Assembly (NCBI GenBank): GCA_040263875.1
Contig: JBDQJI010000002.1
Span: 18,847-82,846 of the forward strand
Length of the DNA stretch: 64,000 nt
From: Alphaproteobacteria bacterium
Lineage (GTDB): Bacteria; Pseudomonadota; Alphaproteobacteria; Bin95
Direction: 5' to 3'
How positions within the stretch are numbered: position 1 is the first letter of the stretch; the number at the start of each line of letters is the position of its first letter. The translations under genes were made by a program, and so were the position numbers. The notes beneath the pieces were generated by a model. The model was not told where the DNA came from. It did not search any database and saw only the letters and a program-made list of their open reading frames with translations. Below are positions 57,970-64,000 of this stretch, in pieces.

Positions 57970-58478
57970 ACGCCGTATCGGACGCTGATATTCGCCTGCA
58001 ATATGAAGTCGAGCGGCTGATCTTTCGTGAGGCTTACCTGTTGGACAACAGGAAGTTTGACAGCTGGCTCGATCTCTATCTGGAAGATGCAGAATATTTG
58101 ATGCCGGCGTGGATCAACGAAACCACGCTCGCGACAGACCCGAACGCCGAACTTTTCCTGATCTACTTCCCAACCAAAGCTGGGCTGGATGACCGCGTTT
58201 ATCGGATCAACACGCGGGATTCCTATGCCTCAGCGCCCATGCCGCGCAGCGCCCATGTGATCGGCAATGTGCTGATTTTGGGCGGAGATCAGGACCGAAT
58301 TGAGGTGACCTGCAGCTGGACCGTCCACCAATATGCAGACCGCAAAGGCCCCCGCAGCCACGGCGGGCGCTATGACTACGTGCTGCAGCGTGGCGATGAC
58401 GGCCTTAAAATAGCCAAAAAGCACATCACATTCCTGAACGACCGGGTAGACATTCCGTTGGACGTATACAACGTCTAG
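57966..58478 (+). CDS. Aromatic ring-hydroxylating dioxygenase beta subunit
   Basis: REA.LLD...WLD.Y, MPAW, GLDDRV.RI, PR..HVIGN; ATGA overlap with alpha. Confidence 0.92.
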   Translation: MNAVSDADIRLQYEVERLIFREAYLLDNRKFDSWLDLYLEDAEYLMPAWINETTLATDPNAELFLIYFPTKAGLDDRVYRINTRDSYASAPMPRSAHVIGNVLILGGDQDRIEVTCSWTVHQYADRKGPRSHGGRYDYVLQRGDDGLKIAKKHITFLNDRVDIPLDVYNV

Positions 58479-58508
58479 GACGAAGTCAGGCCAGAAGGAT
58501 AAAAGCTC

Positions 58509-59549
58509 ATGCGCGCCGTCGCCAAACTAGCGAAAGCGGAAGCCAGTGTCGGCGTCATTGATGCGCCGGAACCAGAGGCAGGCCATGGCGAAGCGCTAAT
58601 CCGCGTTTTCGCCGCCGGTATCTGTGGCACAGACATGGCAATCTATGACTGGGCACCACGGATGCAGCCCCGTGTCGCACCGCCGCGTATTCTGGGCCAT
58701 GAGGCGACCGGCATCGTGGAGGCGCTTGGCACTGGCGTCACGCATATCAAAGTTGGGGACCGCGTCAGCTTAGAAAGCCATATCTTTTGTGGGGAATGCC
58801 GGTTTTGTCGCCGGGGCGATGCGCACCTCTGCCAATTTCTGGGCTATCCGGGGATCAGCATTGACGGTGGATTTGCTGACCGGGTCGCCGTTCCAGCACA
58901 GATCGCCCGTCCCGTACCCGCCGGTATGGACGATCATCTGGCTGCCATGATCGAGCCGTTTGGCATCGCTGTGCATTCCTGCATGGCGCAACGGGGCGTA
59001 TCTGGGCGGACGGTTCTGGTGAACGGCTGCGGGCCGATTGGCCTGATGACGATCGCGGCTGCCCGTGCGCTCGGTGCCCGGCGCGTACTGGCAGCCGATC
59101 CGAATCTGAAACGCCTGAAGTTAGCCGAACAGATGGGCGCTGATCTGATCATCGATCCCGCCAAAACAGATGTCGCCAAGGCTGCCAAAGACGCAACCGG
59201 CGGGTTTGGGGTGGAGGTCGGCATCGAATATTCCGGGGTAGCCTCCGGCTTGGACGCCGTGCTGGCAGCGACTGAACGCATGGGCGATATCCGCCTGGTC
59301 GCCGGGCCGAAAGATCCGCACCCACTGGATATCAACGCCATTCTTCGCACCGGCATCTCGCTCTACGGCGTGCATGGCCGCAGGCTTTGGCAAGATTGGG
59401 ATATGTCCGTGGAACTCCTAAGCGAGGGCCGCGTTGATATATCGATGCTCGCGGACCCAGTTCTGCCGCTCGACCGCGCTGTCGAGGGGTTTGAGGCGAT
59501 TAAGGCTGGCGCGGCGTTGAAGCCAATTTTGATTCCGGAACAGGCCTGA
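58509..59549 (+). CDS. Zn-dependent MDR dehydrogenase, L-threonine 3-dehydrogenase-like
   Basis: GICGTD, GHE, CGECRFC.......C structural Zn, EPFG.AVH, GCGPIG, G.HGRRLWQDW. Confidence 0.85.
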   Translation: MRAVAKLAKAEASVGVIDAPEPEAGHGEALIRVFAAGICGTDMAIYDWAPRMQPRVAPPRILGHEATGIVEALGTGVTHIKVGDRVSLESHIFCGECRFCRRGDAHLCQFLGYPGISIDGGFADRVAVPAQIARPVPAGMDDHLAAMIEPFGIAVHSCMAQRGVSGRTVLVNGCGPIGLMTIAAARALGARRVLAADPNLKRLKLAEQMGADLIIDPAKTDVAKAAKDATGGFGVEVGIEYSGVASGLDAVLAATERMGDIRLVAGPKDPHPLDINAILRTGISLYGVHGRRLWQDWDMSVELLSEGRVDISMLADPVLPLDRAVEGFEAIKAGAALKPILIPEQA

Positions 59550-59563
59550 TACACCCAGCGCCA

Positions 59564-61504
59564 ATGCGCCTGATTTCACACCTAGCAATTGGTCTGTGGG
59601 CTTCGCTGCTTGTCACATCGGCAGCAGCAAACGGCTTAGATGCGCGCCGAACTTCAGAACCCAGCAGTGCATTCCAGGCACCCCTGGCTGCACCCGCGCC
59701 GCCGCCGCGCGTGCTTCTGGCCCAACAACCGGAGCCAGAGCCAAAAGGCACGCCGGAAGTGGAACGCGGCGATCCATCAGACAAGCCCGCCAGTACCCAA
59801 GCGCCAACCAAAGTGTACGCCTACGAAGTCTTCTATAGTGCGCCCCAAAAGAAGCTGGAAAAGAAGCTCGTCGATCTATCCATATTACAGCGCAAAGTCG
59901 CTGAACCACCGCTTAGCCGGGCGGCGCTGATCCGCCGGGTCGAAAGCGATGTGGCGCTTTTCCAAAAGGCGCTGCAGTCCGAAGGTTATTACGCCTACAA
60001 GGTCGAGCAGAAGATCGATTTTGCAAACTCCCCAGTCGCCATCACCTTCGATATTGCCCCAGGTCCTCGGTACAAACTTGGGCAATACCGGATTGATTAT
60101 GACAAACCGGACGCGCCAGGCCTTTTTAAGGATCTAAGCCTGCTTGGCATCGTGGTCGGCGGGCCGGCCGAGTCTGAAAAGATCGTCGAAGCGGGACCCG
60201 TGATACTCAGAAAGCTTGGTGAATCCGGCTACCCACTCGCTAAACAAGGTAAGCGTCGCGCGGTCGTGAACCATGATGAAAAGACGCTGACAGTCGTGCT
60301 GGACATCCATGAAGGCCCCCGGGTCAATATCGGCCAGACATTTATCGCGGGCGTAGACCGGACCAAGGAAAAATACCTCAAACGGGTCGCCAATTTGGAC
60401 CAAGGCGATCTGTTTGATATCTCAAAGATCGATGCCGCACGCCGCCGCCTTTACCAGACCGGTCTGTTCAATGGCATCCAGATCAATTGGGATGATGCGC
60501 CTGATGAAGCCGGTGAGCTGGATCTCACCGTGGTCGCAAAGGAACGCAAACCGCGCACTATTTCGCTCGGTCTAAATTACTCAACAACGGAAGGTGCCGG
60601 AGCCGACATTGAGTGGGTGCACCGGAATATTTTTGGCTCAGACGAAGACCTAACCGCGACGCTGAAAGCCGCAGAGATCGAACAGAGTTTCCGTACTGAA
60701 TTGGCAGCACCGAACTGGAAACGGTTGGATCAACGGGTTCATGTTGCTGGCGAGATCGCGCGCGAAGTAACGGAGACCTACGAAGAACAGAAAATCTCCG
60801 CCGAATCGGGCGTCAGTCGCCCGTTTGGCAAGCGCTGGAAAGGCTCTGCGACTGGCGTGCTGGAAGTGCTGGACACGTCGGAAAATGGCATAGAGACCCA
60901 GAATGTTGTCGCCGCATTCCCACTCATCGCCCTTTACGATGGCAGCAACGATCCTTTCGACCCGTCCAAAGGCTACAAGCTCGAATTCAAGCTGGAGCCT
61001 GCTGCAATCACGCTCGACAACACAGATTTCCTCACGACGTTTTCCATGGGCGGGTCGGTCTATCATGACTTGCTTGGTGACAAGACGCTGATTGCTGCCG
61101 CCCGCAGCCGTGCAGCCTTCATTTTGGGGCCTGCACGGGACCGCATTCCTGCAAGCCGCAGACTCTATGCAGGCGGCAGCGGTTCGATCCGCGGGTTCGA
61201 GTTCCAGTCCGTAGGTCCGCTCGACGCTGGGAATGATCCTGAAGGTGGGCGCTCTTCCCTGGAATTCGGCGTTGAAATGCGCTGGCGGATCACAGACGAC
61301 ATTGGCATCGTACCTTTCATCGACGGCGGGTCTGCCTTCGAGGACCCCAGCCCAGATTTCACAGATTTCCGCTTCGCTGCGGGGCTTGGCCTTAGATATT
61401 ACACCCCCATTGGGCCGCTCCGCCTGGATGTCGCCGCGCCGTTGAACCCGCGCGAACAGGACAATCTGTTTGAATTCTACATCAGCATTGGACAAGCATT
61501 CTGA
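59564..61504 (+). CDS. tamA: Autotransporter assembly outer membrane protein TamA (Omp85 family)
   Basis: Signal peptide, POTRA-like region (L.SEGYY), R.YAGG.GSIRGF, G.GLRY.TPIGPLRLDVA.P, C-terminal YISIGQAF. Confidence 0.92.
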   Translation: MRLISHLAIGLWASLLVTSAAANGLDARRTSEPSSAFQAPLAAPAPPPRVLLAQQPEPEPKGTPEVERGDPSDKPASTQAPTKVYAYEVFYSAPQKKLEKKLVDLSILQRKVAEPPLSRAALIRRVESDVALFQKALQSEGYYAYKVEQKIDFANSPVAITFDIAPGPRYKLGQYRIDYDKPDAPGLFKDLSLLGIVVGGPAESEKIVEAGPVILRKLGESGYPLAKQGKRRAVVNHDEKTLTVVLDIHEGPRVNIGQTFIAGVDRTKEKYLKRVANLDQGDLFDISKIDAARRRLYQTGLFNGIQINWDDAPDEAGELDLTVVAKERKPRTISLGLNYSTTEGAGADIEWVHRNIFGSDEDLTATLKAAEIEQSFRTELAAPNWKRLDQRVHVAGEIAREVTETYEEQKISAESGVSRPFGKRWKGSATGVLEVLDTSENGIETQNVVAAFPLIALYDGSNDPFDPSKGYKLEFKLEPAAITLDNTDFLTTFSMGGSVYHDLLGDKTLIAAARSRAAFILGPARDRIPASRRLYAGGSGSIRGFEFQSVGPLDAGNDPEGGRSSLEFGVEMRWRITDDIGIVPFIDGGSAFEDPSPDFTDFRFAAGLGLRYYTPIGPLRLDVAAPLNPREQDNLFEFYISIGQAF

Positions 61505-64000
61505 TGCTGCGTGTTCTGAAATGGTGCGGCGTCATCCTGCTGGCGCTTGCCGTACTCATCGCCGTTGCGGTGATTGGCGGGCGATACTGGTTGGCGAGCG
61601 ATAGCGGGCGCAATTTCGTCGCAAACCAGGCAGAGGCAGCAGGTGTGCACATTGCTGGCCTTGAGGGCGATCCGTTTGGCGCGTTGACCGCTGCTAAAAT
61701 CGAAGTCCAAGACCCGGAAGGCGCTTGGCTGACAGTCGAAAACACCACCTTCCAGTGGCGTCCAATGGCGCTCTTTTCCCGCACAATCTTGATCGAAAAC
61801 CTTGCTGTGGACAGGGTAACGGTGGCGCGCCAACCTGCCTCTGACCCCGCCCCAGTGGATACTGGACCGAGCGAGCCTTTCGAACCGCCGCCGATCTCCG
61901 TCGAACTACAGCGCCTTAGCGTTAAAGAAATTGTGATTGCGGAAGCTGTCGCTGGCACGCCCGCACGCCTAAGCCTGAACGGCAACGCACGATATGTAGC
62001 TGGCGCGGCGGAAGCGAAAATTGCTGTAGATCGGCTAGACGGCCCCGGCAATTTGAAGCTTTCTGGCGGCTACCGGCTTGCTGACAATCATTTCGATATT
62101 GACCTGATGGTCGATGACCCGGCAGGCGGCCTCGCGACCAATCTGCTTGGTTTGCCGGATGGCGTGCAGGCTGTGCTGATGGGTGCGGGAGATCTTTCCG
62201 CCTGGAAAGGGCGCTTGGACGGCAAGACTGGCGCATCCAAGCTGGCGGACCTAGCGATCACGCTCAACCGGTCCGGCAATGCAATCCAAACAACGGTACA
62301 GGGTGACCTGCATCCAGCCGTTCTGATACCCGCCGACTTGCGCGAAACCATTGGCGACACACTCGCCATCGACCTAGCGGCCGGGCTAACGGAAACCGGT
62401 GCCGTTGTCGTCGAACGCTTCACTGCCAAGGCAGCACCGGCGGCCATCGCCGTGCAGGGCCGGTTTGAGCCAGATACCGGCACCGTCAACGCGACCGTGC
62501 GGACTGAAGCCATCGATGTCAGTAAAATCACGCCATTTGCGCCCGGCCTTGAACTTAAAAATCCGGCTATGACGGCAGAAGTTACGGGCACGGTCAAAAA
62601 GCCCGAAATTTCCGCGACCATCACTGCCAATCGGGCCGCCATGAACGCCGTTGCAGCCAGCGACATCTGGCTGAAGGTTCAAACAGCGCCTGACCTTGCC
62701 GCTGCGCAGCTCGGCGCACCCTGGACCGCGCGGCTGGAGCTGAAGGAAATCACGCTAGATGATCCCCAGCTCACCAAGCTTAGCCGCCGTCGTTGGGTCA
62801 TTGATGCATCCGGGCGCTATGACGCCGATGCAACACGACTGCCCATCAAGGCGCAAATTACCGGCGCAGGCTTGGCAGAAGCGCGGTTTGATGGCGGCGC
62901 TGACCTCTCGGGCGTCGTTGAGGGTGCCTTCACGGCGAATATCCTGAACCTAGCCGCACTCGCACCTCTATCCGGCCTACCCCTGAATGGCCAAGGTAAA
63001 CTGGCGGGCGATGTCCGGTTCGGGCCTGATGGGTTAAGGCTCAAAGGGCTGAACGCAACCGCGCTTGGTGCAGCACTATCCGGTGCGGTAACGCTTGGCC
63101 CGGGGCTGCAAGAAATCGACAGCGCCCTGAAGCTGAGCGTGCCTGATCTCGGCAAGGTCGCCCGGATTGTTAAAGCGCCGGTGGACGGCGCGCTTTCTGG
63201 CGGTATCAAAATCGCTGGAAAACTGACGGATCCAGCCGTGGCGGCAGACCTGAGCTTCGCGCCGCTTATTGCCGCCGGACAGACGTTCCAGGCAGCCCGC
63301 ATCCAGGCTGAAGCAAAAGGCCTGACGACCGGACCGAATGGCCGCCTCAATGTTTCCGCTGCCTCACCCTACGGCCCGCTAGATGTAAAGACGCTCTTCG
63401 CACTCAAAGGCCAGACTCTCAACCTGAAGGACATCGCGGTTAGCGGACCAGGGGCGGAAGCCACAGGCGATCTGTCGGTCAATCTCAACACGACGATCGC
63501 TGACGGAATGGTGCGGGTAACGCTCGCCAGTCTTGCGGAGGCAGGCCGCGCGTTTGGACAAAAAGCGGCTGGCGAGGGCGGCGGTGTCATCAAGCTTTCC
63601 GGGGGCAGGTCCGGCCAGCAGATCAATGCTGACCTGGACCTCAAAAACCTCTCTGCCGCTGGCATCAACGCAAAGCGCATTACGGTGAAAGCAAATGGGG
63701 GCATAGATGGTGCCTCCCCCATCAAGGCAGAAGTGACCGTTGAACAAGCGAAGCTGGACGGCGCGGACATTGCCGAAGCCGTCGTCACACTAGATGGGCC
63801 ACTGAGTGGTGCTGACGTAACGGCCAAAGTTAAAGGAAAAGCGAGCGGTCAGGCCGTGTCGGCTGATATCGCAGGCAGGTTGGCGCTCGCTAATGGCACC
63901 ACGCGCTTCGAACTTGCGAGCGGCAAGGGCGCATTCGCCGGGGCACCCTTCAGGCTAGAGCCTGGCCTTCTCGTTTCACAAAGCAGCGCCGGGCTGACGG
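61504..64000 (+). CDS. tamB: Translocation/assembly module TamB (AsmA-like), 5' part; runs off the window end
   Basis: Not in the ORF track. ATG 61504 overlaps the tamA stop (TGATG); MLRVLKWCGVILLALAVLIAVAVIGG signal anchor, D.EGAWL......WRP.AL, then Gly/Ala/Leu-rich beta-type sequence. Confidence 0.88.
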   Translation, partial: MLRVLKWCGVILLALAVLIAVAVIGGRYWLASDSGRNFVANQAEAAGVHIAGLEGDPFGALTAAKIEVQDPEGAWLTVENTTFQWRPMALFSRTILIENLAVDRVTVARQPASDPAPVDTGPSEPFEPPPISVELQRLSVKEIVIAEAVAGTPARLSLNGNARYVAGAAEAKIAVDRLDGPGNLKLSGGYRLADNHFDIDLMVDDPAGGLATNLLGLPDGVQAVLMGAGDLSAWKGRLDGKTGASKLADLAITLNRSGNAIQTTVQGDLHPAVLIPADLRETIGDTLAIDLAAGLTETGAVVVERFTAKAAPAAIAVQGRFEPDTGTVNATVRTEAIDVSKITPFAPGLELKNPAMTAEVTGTVKKPEISATITANRAAMNAVAASDIWLKVQTAPDLAAAQLGAPWTARLELKEITLDDPQLTKLSRRRWVIDASGRYDADATRLPIKAQITGAGLAEARFDGGADLSGVVEGAFTANILNLAALAPLSGLPLNGQGKLAGDVRFGPDGLRLKGLNATALGAALSGAVTLGPGLQEIDSALKLSVPDLGKVARIVKAPVDGALSGGIKIAGKLTDPAVAADLSFAPLIAAGQTFQAARIQAEAKGLTTGPNGRLNVSAASPYGPLDVKTLFALKGQTLNLKDIAVSGPGAEATGDLSVNLNTTIADGMVRVTLASLAEAGRAFGQKAAGEGGGVIKLSGGRSGQQINADLDLKNLSAAGINAKRITVKANGGIDGASPIKAEVTVEQAKLDGADIAEAVVTLDGPLSGADVTAKVKGKASGQAVSADIAGRLALANGTTRFELASGKGAFAGAPFRLEPGLLVSQSSAGLT

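Noticed and set aside
58509-59549. Assigning the symbol tdh
   Set aside because: Tdh-like, but it has no kbl neighbour, has an altered CGTDxH motif and lies in an aromatic dioxygenase context.
1-64000. tRNA, rRNA, known riboswitch, IS element or prophage
   Set aside because: None recognised by eye in the intergenic regions or ORFs; a covariance-model search (tRNAscan-SE, Rfam) would be needed to exclude them formally.

Overview
GC-rich bacterial chromosomal segment. Gene content (thrB-rnhA, pccA/pccB, TRAP transporter, tamAB, DUF6898-like protein) points to an alphaproteobacterium; this is inference, not a database result. About 60 densely packed CDSs are dominated by catabolic and redox enzymes: acyl-CoA dehydrogenases, SDRs, TauD plus hydantoinase A/B, a CoxL-like molybdoenzyme subunit, a Baeyer-Villiger monooxygenase, a thiolase-like/DUF35 pair, a CaiB CoA-transferase, three luciferase-like monooxygenases and a Rieske dioxygenase. 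There are also transporters (MATE, MFS, TRAP, polar amino-acid ABC) and a few housekeeping genes. I saw no rRNA, tRNA, CRISPR array, integrase or transposase. The best candidate for an undescribed system is a STAS anti-anti-sigma protein (39773-40102) directly upstream of a stand-alone, divergent class III nucleotidyl-cyclase-like protein (38940-39758). Other points of note: a Cys-less thiolase-like/DUF35 operon, a Rieske alpha/beta pair linked to a Tdh-like Zn dehydrogenase with no reductase, a DEAD-box helicase with a long structured leader and an Arg/Asp repeat tail, a stop-interrupted DUF4132-like gene, a consensus sigma54 promoter, tandem TetR operators and a candidate sRNA. All product calls come from motif recognition by eye.
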